Shown here: in pieces, positions 1-7,900 of the stretch
How the letters are laid out: each line of letters begins with the position of its first letter
Position numbering within the stretch: the stretch's first letter is position 1
Assembly: GCA_044222475.1 (NCBI GenBank)
Contig: JBGANF010000193.1
Coordinates: 1-11,532, forward strand
Source of the DNA: Polyangiaceae bacterium
Lineage (GTDB): Bacteria; Myxococcota_A; Polyangia; Polyangiales; Polyangiaceae
Reading direction: 5' to 3'
DNA length: 11,532 nucleotides
Position numbers and translations under genes: made by a program
The notes under the pieces: model-generated
The model's input: only the letters and a program-made list of their open reading frames with translations
The model's database searches: none
What the model was told of the DNA's origin: nothing

Positions 1-2
1 CG

Positions 3-83
3 GCGGGTAAGCTCGATCCGCTCGCGTTGCGAGTCGTCCGCGCCTGGTTGGGCAAGAAGAGGAAGGTCAGCGATGGATCATGA
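3..83 (+). other. Open frame entering from the left edge (AGKLDPLALRVVRAWLGKKRKVSDGS*): 3' end of an upstream gene or a czcA-like remnant, overlapping the CDF start
   Basis: Manual translation of frame +3 is open from 3 to TGA at 81-83. 10 of 13 residues match the C-terminus of the CzcA in this window. Too short to assign. Confidence 0.35.
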
Positions 84-1017
84 GCACGATCACGAGGAGG
101 ACGAGCACGAAGACGAGCAGGCCGAGGGACACTCTCACGATCACGCACCAAAAGACTTCGGGCGCGCCTTTGCATTAGGGATCGCGATCCAGAGCACCTT
201 CATCGTCGTCGAGATCGTCGTCGGGCTCGCGGCGAGGTCGCTCGCCGTCGTCGCTGACGCGGGGCACAACGTGAGCGACGTGCTCGCGCTCGCCCTCGCG
301 TGGGGGGCCAGCCACCTCGCGAAGCGAGGGGCGACGAGGGGTCGGACCTACGGGCTCAAAAGCGGGAGCATCCTCGCGGCTGCCGCGAACGCGCTCACGC
401 TCGTCTTCGTCAACGGCGCGGTGGCGTGGGAGGCGGTAGGGCGCTTGAAGGAGCCCGAGCCAGTCGCGGCGGTCCCCGTAATCGCAGTGTCCGTGGCGGG
501 CGTTTTCGTCAACGGCTTCTGCGCGTGGTTGTTCTCGAAAGGGAGCAAGGGCGACTTGAACACCCGTGCTGCATATCTGCACTTGCTCTCCGACGCCGCA
601 GTCGCCGCGGGGGTCGCGGTGACCGGGGTCCTCATCCGAGTCACGGGTCGGCAGTGGCTGGATCCCGTCGCGAGCCTCGTCGTCGCCGTCATCGTGATGT
701 TCAGCACATGGTCGCTTCTTCGCCGCGCCATCGATCTCGCGATGCACGCCGTACCGAAGGGGCTGGACGAGAGCAAGGTCGAGGCGTTTCTACTGGGCCT
801 CCCGGACGTCGTTGGCGTCCACGATCTTCACATCTGGGCGATGAGCACGACGGAAACCGCGATGACGGTCCACCTCGCCTTTCGCGAGGTACCGAAAGAC
901 GCGCGCGCGTGCTCGATCGACGAGCAGGTGCGGCGAAAGTTTCCGATTCACCACGTGACCGTACAGGTGGAGCCTGAGGGCGCTGGGTGCGCCCTTGCAG
1001 CGGACGAAGTCGTGTAG
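73..1017 (+). CDS. czcD: Cation diffusion facilitator (CDF) metal/H+ antiporter, CzcD/ZitB-like, probably Zn/Co/Cd
   Basis: His/acid-rich N-tail (DHEHDHEEDEHEDE...HSHDH) and about 6 hydrophobic segments. TM2 ADAGHNVSD and TM5 HLLSD form the HxxxD/HxxxD site typical of Zn-CDFs. Also TYG loop, WLDP, and C-terminal domain HDLHIW...HVTVQVE. Purine-rich AGGAAGG lies before the ATG. Confidence 0.93.
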   Translation: MDHEHDHEEDEHEDEQAEGHSHDHAPKDFGRAFALGIAIQSTFIVVEIVVGLAARSLAVVADAGHNVSDVLALALAWGASHLAKRGATRGRTYGLKSGSILAAAANALTLVFVNGAVAWEAVGRLKEPEPVAAVPVIAVSVAGVFVNGFCAWLFSKGSKGDLNTRAAYLHLLSDAAVAAGVAVTGVLIRVTGRQWLDPVASLVVAVIVMFSTWSLLRRAIDLAMHAVPKGLDESKVEAFLLGLPDVVGVHDLHIWAMSTTETAMTVHLAFREVPKDARACSIDEQVRRKFPIHHVTVQVEPEGAGCALAADEVV

Positions 1018-1022
1018 CCGAG

Positions 1023-1079
1023 TTGCGCGACCGCAAGGATGTTTTGCGCGACCTACCCGCTACCCCGCAGATTCTGCGG
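1023..1079. promoter_or_regulatory. Candidate upstream activator (enhancer-binding protein) sites
   Basis: Direct repeat TTGCGCGACC at 1023-1032 and 1044-1053 (21-bp period). Inverted repeats TTGCG-N4-CGCAA (1023-1036) and CGCAA-N7-TTGCG (1032-1048). Perfect CCGCAGA-T-TCTGCGG (1065-1079). All lie about 70-125 bp upstream of the predicted sigma54 start. Confidence 0.4.
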
Positions 1080-1121
1080 CGCGCCGAAGCGCAGCACCGA
1101 CGATTCGAATGCATGGCCACG

Positions 1122-1137
1122 TGGCGTGACTGTTGCT
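1122..1137 (+). promoter_or_regulatory. Putative sigma54 (RpoN) -24/-12 promoter for the transglutaminase-like gene
   Basis: TGGCGTG-actg-TTGCT matches TGGCACG-N4-TTGCW with exact GG-N10-GC spacing (GG 1123-1124, GC 1135-1136). Predicted +1 is near 1148, just before ATG 1150. Confidence 0.6.
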
Positions 1138-1149
1138 TGTGGTCGCTTC

Positions 1150-1896
1150 ATGAGCGAAGCACACCTTCGAGAGACCGCCATCCTCGACTACACCCACGAA
1201 GCGATCTCGCGACTGATCCAAGATCGTGGCTGGGCGTCGTTGCCCGTCGATCAACGCGTCGGTGCGGTCTATGCCTTCGTGCGAGACGAAATTGGCTTCG
1301 GGTACAATACGGGCGACTCGATTTCGGCTTCGCAGGTTCTTGCCGACGGCTACGGTCAGTGCAACACGAAGACGACCCTGTTGATGGCGCTGTTGCGGGC
1401 GGTCGGTGTCCCCGCGCGGCTCCATGGCGCGACGATCCACAAGCGCCTCCAGAAGGGCGTCGTCACCGGTCTGTTCTACTGGTTGGCGCCGACGAACATC
1501 ATCCACAGTTGGGCCGAAGTGCTGATGAACGAGCGCTGGGTCGCGCTCGAGGGCGTCATCCTCGACAAGGCGTACCTGGAAGGACTTCGCGCGCGCCTGC
1601 CCGGCGAACGTGGCGCGCTGCTCGGATACGGCGTGGGTACGGAGAGCTTCCTTGCGCCGCCCATCGAGTGGCGCGGAGTCGACACGCGGATCCAGATGAC
1701 GGGAGTCAACCAAGACCTCGGCGTGTTCGAGACCCCCGACACGTTCTACGCAAAATACGGCGGCAACCTCTCGGGCATGAGAGGCTGGCTCTATCGCCAT
1801 TGGGTTCGACACACAATGAACCGCCGTGTCGCGTCGATTCGCGGATGCCGTGAGGGTTCTACGTGTGCCCTAGGTGATCTGGAGAGAGCTCAATAG
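1150..1896 (+). CDS. Transglutaminase-like superfamily protein (putative cysteine protease/acyltransferase), 248 aa
   Basis: Motifs FVRDEIGFGYN..D...ASQVL.DGYGQCNTK..LLMALLRAVGVPAR, HSWAEV and W..LEG. Cys at 1360, His at 1504, acidic residue at 1549. Start is placed at ATG 1150 rather than 1039 because the upstream segment is not protein-like and contains the promoter. Confidence 0.85.
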   Translation: MSEAHLRETAILDYTHEAISRLIQDRGWASLPVDQRVGAVYAFVRDEIGFGYNTGDSISASQVLADGYGQCNTKTTLLMALLRAVGVPARLHGATIHKRLQKGVVTGLFYWLAPTNIIHSWAEVLMNERWVALEGVILDKAYLEGLRARLPGERGALLGYGVGTESFLAPPIEWRGVDTRIQMTGVNQDLGVFETPDTFYAKYGGNLSGMRGWLYRHWVRHTMNRRVASIRGCREGSTCALGDLERAQ

Positions 1897-1928
1897 GGCG
1901 CAACTCTCGGCGCGACTCCGGGCGTGAG

Positions 1929-1994
1929 CCTGAAGCCGAATCATGACGAGCAGTTGGCACGACTTGGAGGCCAGCTGCTTGCGAGCGGCTCAGG
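1929..1994 (+). other. Long imperfect RNA hairpin in the intergenic region upstream of the leader ORF
   Basis: Inner stem 1947-1958 (CGAGCAGTTGGC) pairs with 1970-1981 (GCCAGCTGCTTG): 12 bp with 2 G-U pairs. Outer stem 1929-1938 pairs with 1986-1994: 9 bp with a one-base bulge. Confidence 0.35.
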
Positions 1995-2071
1995 GACGAC
2001 AGCGGGCGAGCTCGCCAAGGACGTCGAATCGACGCGTAAGGTTTGGGGCCCGAGGCCGTCTTCTCCACTGG

Positions 2072-2434
2072 ATGCATCGGTGGTATCCCAAACGGGTGCG
2101 GACCTTGGTCCTCCTCGCTCGCTCCGTCCTCCTGGTCGTCGCCCTCCACCTGGGCGGCGTGCTCCACGGCGCAGTCGATTTCGTCCGCACCTGCGAGGGC
2201 GTCGCGCTCCACGAAAGCGACGACTGCGGCGACGGCGAGGATCACTGTCCGGCCGACTGCCCGAACTGCCACTGCGGTCATGGCGGCGCTCGAGCCCTGC
2301 CCCCGGCGGCTCCGGCGCCGGAGGTGCTCGCTCTCGTGACTCCCGGATTCGTGCGGGTCGATCCCGCCGGCGCCGCTCCGCCCGCTAGACCACTCCCTCC
2401 GCTCTATCGCCCCCCTCGCGCCCGCCTCTCGTAG
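2072..2434 (+). CDS. Small Cys/His-rich, Pro-rich leader protein (CzcI/DUF2946/CutF-like); start uncertain (ATG 2072 or GTG 2096)
   Basis: Basic then hydrophobic N-terminus (RTLVLLARSVLLVVALHLGGVLHGA), central HESDDC...HCPADCPNCHCGH, and Pro-rich tail ending PLPPLYRPPRARLS*. Lies 50 nt upstream of czcC, the position czcI occupies in known czc loci. Confidence 0.75.
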   Translation: MHRWYPKRVRTLVLLARSVLLVVALHLGGVLHGAVDFVRTCEGVALHESDDCGDGEDHCPADCPNCHCGHGGARALPPAAPAPEVLALVTPGFVRVDPAGAAPPARPLPPLYRPPRARLS

Positions 2435-2473
2435 TCCCGTCGGCGCTCTGCGCCGTGACTCGAAGTCGACGCT

Positions 2474-2479
2474 GGAGGT
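2474..2479 (+). promoter_or_regulatory. Shine-Dalgarno sequence of czcC
   Basis: GGAGGT lies 5 nt before ATG 2485. Confidence 0.75.
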
Positions 2480-2484
2480 GTGTC

Positions 2485-3750
2485 ATGGATAGACGCGCGT
2501 GCGTGTGGATGGTCGTCGTGGTGTGGATCTGGAGTCGCTCCGCCTCGGCCGCGGAGTGCGTGTCCCCGCTCGGTCGCGCCGACGTCGTCGGCTGCGCGCT
2601 CGAGCGAAGCCTCGCGGTGAGGGCGGTCGGCGACGAACGCCGAGCGCTCGCTGGTCGCCGAACGGCGGTGCTCCCGATCTTCCCCGCCAACCCGATCCTG
2701 AGCGCGAGCCTGGGCAGGCGCTCCAACGCGCTCCAACCGACCGCGACCAACTGGTACCTCACGCTGTCGCAGGAGATCGAGATCGCAGGCCAGCGCGGCG
2801 CGCGGATCGACGCCGCCGACGCCGATCTCGCGGCGCTCGACGCACGGTCGCTCCTCGTGCAGCGCGACGCAATCGCCGACACCTACCTCGCGTATTTCGA
2901 CGTGCTCGGGGCACGAGCCGAGCTCGAGCTCACCAAGCAGCTCGAGGATCTCGCGCGCGAGCTCGCTCGCGCCGCCCTCGGCGCCGCTGAGCATGGCGTG
3001 GCGTCCGGAGTAGACGCCGATCTCGCCGAGGCCGCAGGTTTTCGCGCGACGCAGGCGCGCATCGCGGCCGAAGGCCGGCTCACCGGCGCGCGCATTGCCC
3101 TGGCGACGCGGCTCGCCGCCGATCCCACCTCCAGCCTGCCCGACGCCACAGGCGATCTGATCCCACTCGACGGCGTGGAGGACGGGGCGCGCTCGGCGCT
3201 CGGAGCGCCTCACCCGGAGGTCATCGCCCTCCAGGACGAAAAACGAGCGTGGGCTGCTCGTGCCTCGCTCTATCGGAGGGCCGCGATCCCGAACATCACG
3301 CTCGCGTTCTTCGTGCAGGAGGACGGTTTCCAGGAGCGCGTCCTCGGCGTGGGCCTGGCGTTGCCGATTCCGTTCCCGCAACCCATCGGGCGGACCTATG
3401 CCGGCGAGGCGCGGGAAGCTCAGGCCCTGTCGGATCGGAGCGCGACCGAGGCCGAGCGCGTCGATCGCGAGCGCCGTGGGAAGATCGTCGCTGCGCTCGC
3501 CGCCTACGACGCCGAGGCGAAGGCGATCGACGCCATCCCCCCCGATCGAATCGAGCGCGCGAAGCGCACGCTCGCCAGCATCGCGCTCGAGGTCGGCGCC
3601 GGGCGCCTCGCGATCCGCGACGCCGTGGTCGCACAGCAGACGCTGACGGCGCTCCTCCTCGACTACCAAGCGGCAAAGCGCGCGCTGTGCATCACGTCGG
3701 TCGAGCTCGCGCGCGCCGCGAGCCTCCCGCTGGAGCGAGGTGGAAAGTGA
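2485..3750 (+). CDS. czcC: TolC-family outer membrane efflux protein, CzcC-like, 421 aa
   Basis: Signal peptide ending ASA-A. Outer membrane factor motifs PANP.LS, LSQEIEIAGQRGARI and IPNITL...GVGLALPIP, with long Ala-rich coiled coils. Lies directly upstream of the adaptor and RND genes and has a strong SD at 2474. Confidence 0.88.
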   Translation: MDRRACVWMVVVVWIWSRSASAAECVSPLGRADVVGCALERSLAVRAVGDERRALAGRRTAVLPIFPANPILSASLGRRSNALQPTATNWYLTLSQEIEIAGQRGARIDAADADLAALDARSLLVQRDAIADTYLAYFDVLGARAELELTKQLEDLARELARAALGAAEHGVASGVDADLAEAAGFRATQARIAAEGRLTGARIALATRLAADPTSSLPDATGDLIPLDGVEDGARSALGAPHPEVIALQDEKRAWAARASLYRRAAIPNITLAFFVQEDGFQERVLGVGLALPIPFPQPIGRTYAGEAREAQALSDRSATEAERVDRERRGKIVAALAAYDAEAKAIDAIPPDRIERAKRTLASIALEVGAGRLAIRDAVVAQQTLTALLLDYQAAKRALCITSVELARAASLPLERGGK

Positions 3751-4907
3751 AGCGCCTCGCGCTCGTCGTCTGCGCGTTCGTCGCATGCTCGAAGCCACCG
3801 CCCGAAGGCGACGGCACGTCCTCGGCGCCGTCGGCCCACGCGGACGAGACGGCGCACGACGCACTGCCGAAGAAAGTTCGCCTCACGCCCGCCGTCGTGC
3901 GCGACGCGAAGATCGCCTCTCTGCCCGTGACGAAAGAGGTGCTCGCGACGACGCTGGGTCTCGCGGGAGAGATTGTCGCCGATCCGGACCGCAGCGCGAA
4001 GGTGTCGTCACCCGTGGCTGGCCACCTGGAGGACATCCGCTTCAAGGAGGGGGGGACCGTCAAGAAGGGCGACCTTCTGGCCACGCTCCGAGTGCCGGAT
4101 CTCGGGCGTCTCCGGGGCACGTACGCCGCGACCGCCGCCAAGGCGCAGACCGCACGCGCGAACGCGGCGCGCCAGAAGAGCCTCCTCGATCAGCGCCTCA
4201 CCTCCGAGCAAGCGTGGCTCGACGCCAAGACCGAAGCCGACGCGCTCGACGCCGAGGCAAACGCGCTCGCCGTTCAGCTCGGCGCCATGGGCGCCGGCGC
4301 CGGCGGCGGCGGCTTCCTTCTCAGCGTGCGGGCTCCGGTGGGCGGCGTGATCCTCTCGCGCGACGCGGTCGTCGGGCAGCCCGTGACGACCGAGCAGGTC
4401 CTCGCCACCATCGCCGACCTCGAAGAGGTCTGGTTCCTCGGCCGGGTCTTCGAGAAGGATCTGGGCCGCCTCGCGGAGAAGTCACCGGCCGAGGTGACGC
4501 TCAACGCCTACCCGAAGGACCAGTTCTCCGGTGAGCTCGAGTACCTCGGGAAGCAGATCGACCCCGTCGCGCGCACGTTGACGGCGCGGATCCGGCTCGT
4601 CAACCGAGAGCAGAAGCTCCGCGTGGGGCTCTTCGGCGTGGCGAGGATCGGGCTCGCTCAATGCGAGAAGCGCGAGCCGGCGCTCCTCGTTCCGCGAACG
4701 GCGATCGTGGAGATCGCGGGCAAGCGCGTGGTCTTCGTGGAGGAGCCCGACGGCGACTACGAGGTGCACGAGATCACGCTCGGTGACGCGGCCCTCGGCA
4801 AGGTCGAGGTCGTGGCCGGTCTGCGCGAAGGCGAGAAGGTCGTCGTCGAGGGCGCGTTCACCCTCAAGAGCGCGGTGATGAAGAGCAGCCTCGCCGAGGA
4901 AGAGTGA
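3747..4907 (+). CDS. czcB: RND efflux periplasmic adaptor (membrane fusion protein), CzcB-like, predicted lipoprotein, 386 aa
   Basis: GTG start overlaps the czcC stop (GTGA 3747-3750). Lipobox-like MKRLALVVCAFVAC. Lipoyl-like halves (VSSPVAG...G.TVKKGDLLA; VRAPVGGVI...GQ.V), IADLEEVW, IDPVARTL, and GLREGEKVVVEGAF.LKS. Confidence 0.92.
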   Translation: MKRLALVVCAFVACSKPPPEGDGTSSAPSAHADETAHDALPKKVRLTPAVVRDAKIASLPVTKEVLATTLGLAGEIVADPDRSAKVSSPVAGHLEDIRFKEGGTVKKGDLLATLRVPDLGRLRGTYAATAAKAQTARANAARQKSLLDQRLTSEQAWLDAKTEADALDAEANALAVQLGAMGAGAGGGGFLLSVRAPVGGVILSRDAVVGQPVTTEQVLATIADLEEVWFLGRVFEKDLGRLAEKSPAEVTLNAYPKDQFSGELEYLGKQIDPVARTLTARIRLVNREQKLRVGLFGVARIGLAQCEKREPALLVPRTAIVEIAGKRVVFVEEPDGDYEVHEITLGDAALGKVEVVAGLREGEKVVVEGAFTLKSAVMKSSLAEEE

Positions 4908-4908
4908 C

Positions 4909-7900
4909 ATGGCGCTCCTCAGCGCGATCGTTCGCTGGTCACTCCACAACCGTCCCCTCGTCCTCGTCGCGACGCTCCTCTTCGCCGTCCTCGGCGTGCG
5001 CGCCGCGACGCGGCTCCCGATCGATGCCGTGCCGGACGTCACCAACGTCCAAGTGCAGATCATCACCGCCGCGCCCGCGCTGTCACCGATCGAGGTCGAG
5101 CAGTACGTCAGCACTCCGGTCGAGCGCGCGATGGCGGGGATCCCGAAGACCACCGAGATCCGCTCGATCTCGAAGTACGGGCTGTCGGTCGTCACCGTCG
5201 TCTTCACGGACGAGACGTCGATCTACTTCGCTCGCCAGCTCGTGAGCGAGCGCATGGCCGAGGCCGAGGCCGCCGTGCCGAGCCAGTACGGAAAGCCCGA
5301 GATGGGTCCGATCTCGACGGGCCTGGGGGAGATCTTCCAGTTCACGGTCGAGAACGACGCGATGACGCTCATGCAGCTCGAAGAGGTGCTCGACTGGCAG
5401 ATCGCCCCGCAGCTCCGCACCGTCCCGGGCGTCGTCGAGGTGAACAGCTTCGGCGGTCAAGATCGACAGTATCAGGTCGTCCTCGACCCCGGCCGCCTCC
5501 AAGCGGCTGGCGTTTCGGTTCTCCAGGTGACCGAGGCGCTGAAGAAGGCGAACGCGAACGCGGGCGGCGGATACCTCGAGTACAACCGCGAGCACTTCGT
5601 CATCGGGACCGAGGGCCAGGTGAAGAGCCTGGAGGACCTCCGACACGTCGTCATCGGTGCCACGCCTCAGGGGATTCCGATCACGGTGAACACCGTCGGC
5701 GACGTTCGGTTCGGGCCGCGGCTGCGGCGCGGTGCCGCGTCGAAGGATGGCAAGGGCGAGGTCGCCGTCGGCGTCGCGCTGATGTTGATGGGAGAGAATT
5801 CGCGCACCGTGACGGCTGCCGTGAAGGCGAAGATCGCGGCGATCGAGCCGTCGCTCCCCAAGGGGACGAAGATCGTACCGTTCTACGACCGCTCGGTGCT
5901 CGTCGATCGGACGATCCACACGGTCGGCAAGAACCTCGTCGAAGGCGCGTTGCTCGTCATCGCCGTCCTCTTCGTGCTGCTCGGTGACCTTCGCGCCGGG
6001 GTCGTCGTGGCGGTCGTCATCCCGCTCTCGCTCCTCGCCGCGGTCACGGCGATGAACGGGGCCGGTCTCTCCGGGAACTTGATGAGTCTCGGCGCCGTCG
6101 ACTTCGGGCTCCTGGTGGACGGCGCCGTGATCATCGTCGAGAACGCGGTTCGTAGGCTCAGCGAACGACACAAGGAGCTCGGACGCGCGCTCACCACCGA
6201 CGAGCGGATCGAGGTCATCGAGAAATCGACCATGGAGGTGCGTTCGGCGAGCGTCTTCGGCGAGGCGATCATCGCCATCGTCTATCTCCCAATCCTCGCG
6301 CTCACCGGCATCGAGGGCAAGCTGTTCCAGCCGATGGCGACGACGGTTCTACTGGCGCTCGGCGGAGCGTTCGTCCTCTCGCTCACGCTGGTGCCGGTGC
6401 TCACGAGCTACCTCGTCCGCGAGAAGTCCGGAAGTCACGAGACGTGGATCCTACGCAAGGTGCACGCGGCGTACGTCCCGGCGTTTCGTCGAGCAATGAA
6501 GGCTCGAATCGCCACGCTCGGCGCCTCGGTCATGCTCCTCGCCGGGGCCGTCGCGTTGTTCCTTCGCGTGGGCGCCGAGTTCGTCCCCACGCTCGACGAG
6601 GGCGACCTCCTCGTCGAGGCGCGCCGGATCCCGGGGGTATCGCTCACCGAGTCGGTCAACACATCGAGCCGCCTCGAGCGCGCGATCCTCGCGATCCCGG
6701 AGGTGACGCACGTCGTGAGCCGCACCGGTGCACCCGAGGTCGCGACCGATCCGATGGGGATGGAGCAGAGTGACGTGTACGTCACGCTCAAACCGCGGAG
6801 CGAGTGGCGAAAGGGTGTCGAGAAGGACGACATCGTCGCAGCGATCGAGGAGGCACTCGAGGGCACGCCCGAGATCGGTGGTGCGATCTCGCAGCCGATC
6901 GAGATGCGCCAGAACGAGCTCGTCGCCGGGGTGCGCTCGGACGCAGCAGTACTGATCTACGGGACGAGCATGGAGGAGCTCGAGCGGCTCGCCAACGCCG
7001 CCGCCGCTGCGATCGCGAAGATCCCGGGCGCGGTGGACGTACGCGCCGAGCAAGTCGCCGGCTTGCGCTACCTCCGCGTGAAACCCGACCGCTACAAGCT
7101 GGCCCGATACGGCCTGACGATCGAGTCGATCAACGACGTGACGGAGACGCTCGCGGTCGGCCACCACGTCGGCGACGTCCTCGAGAATGACCGCCGCTTC
7201 GGGATGGTCGTTCTCGTGAGCCACGGCTTCGAGGGAGACCTCGAGCCGCTGCGCAACCTCCCCTTGAAATCGGTCTCGGGCCAGGTCCTTCCGCTCGGCG
7301 ACGTGGCGAGCCTCGACTTCACGACCGGTCCGGCGCAGGTGAGCCACTCCAGCCAGTCGCGGCGTATCTCGGTCGAGTTCAACGTACGCGGGCGCGACAT
7401 GATGGCCGTCGTCGCCGACGCGCAAGGGGCGGTGAAGAAGAACGTCGAGCTCCCCGTCGGATATCGGGCCGAGTGGGGCGGACAATTCGAGCACTACACG
7501 GAGGCCAAGGAGCGCCTCGCGGTCGTCGTTCCCCTCGCGCTCGCGTTGATCGCGTTTCTCCTGTGGATGGCGTTCGGATCTCCCCGCGCCGCAGCGCTGA
7601 TCTTCCTCAACGTGCCCTTCGCGATCATCGGCGGGGTCGTCGCGCTGTGGATCCGCGGCATCCCGTTCTCGATCAGCGCCGGCGTGGGCTTCATCGCGCT
7701 GTTCGGGGTCGCGGTTCTCAACGGGCTCGTCCTCGTCTCGTTCGCGCGCCATCTCCAAGAGAGGGGCACACCGCACGACCAAGCGATCGCGACCGCGGCG
7801 GAGCTCCGCCTCGCGCCGGTGCTCATGACCGCCCTCGTCGCGTCGCTCGGATTCCTCCCGATGGCGCTGTCGACCGCGCCTGGCTCCGAGGTGCAACGAC

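Noticed and set aside
76..146. Short GAGCAC/GATCAC-type repeats here and at 8478-8501, and GGC/GCC repeats at 4290-4313
   Set aside because: Explained by His/Glu/Asp-rich and Gly/Ala-rich protein linkers. Not CRISPR or independent DNA repeats.
1039..1149. 37-aa N-terminal extension of the transglutaminase ORF
   Set aside because: Not protein-like, and it overlaps the palindromes and the sigma54 promoter. ATG 1150 is preferred.
1955..1969. TGGCACG perfect sigma54 -24 box upstream of the leader ORF
   Set aside because: The -12 position (1968-1969) reads AG, not GC, so the GG-N10-GC rule fails.
2081..2098. TGGTATCCC as an extended -10 element for a leaderless GTG start at 2096
   Set aside because: Spacing is suggestive, but the hexamer TATCCC lacks the conserved final T. 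Too weak to call.
1894..2388. In-frame continuation after the transglutaminase TAG (ORF 1924-2388), raising possible readthrough
   Set aside because: The product becomes low-complexity Arg/Pro text overlapping the leader ORF in another frame. No evidence for recoding.
3249..3746. Long N-terminal extension of czcB in the ORF track (likewise 7473-8003 for czcP and 1943-2071 for the leader)
   Set aside because: The czcB and czcP extensions are Arg-rich off-frame readings overlapping the upstream genes, and the GTGA-coupled starts give sensible N-termini. The leader extension is not protein-like and spans the structured intergenic region.
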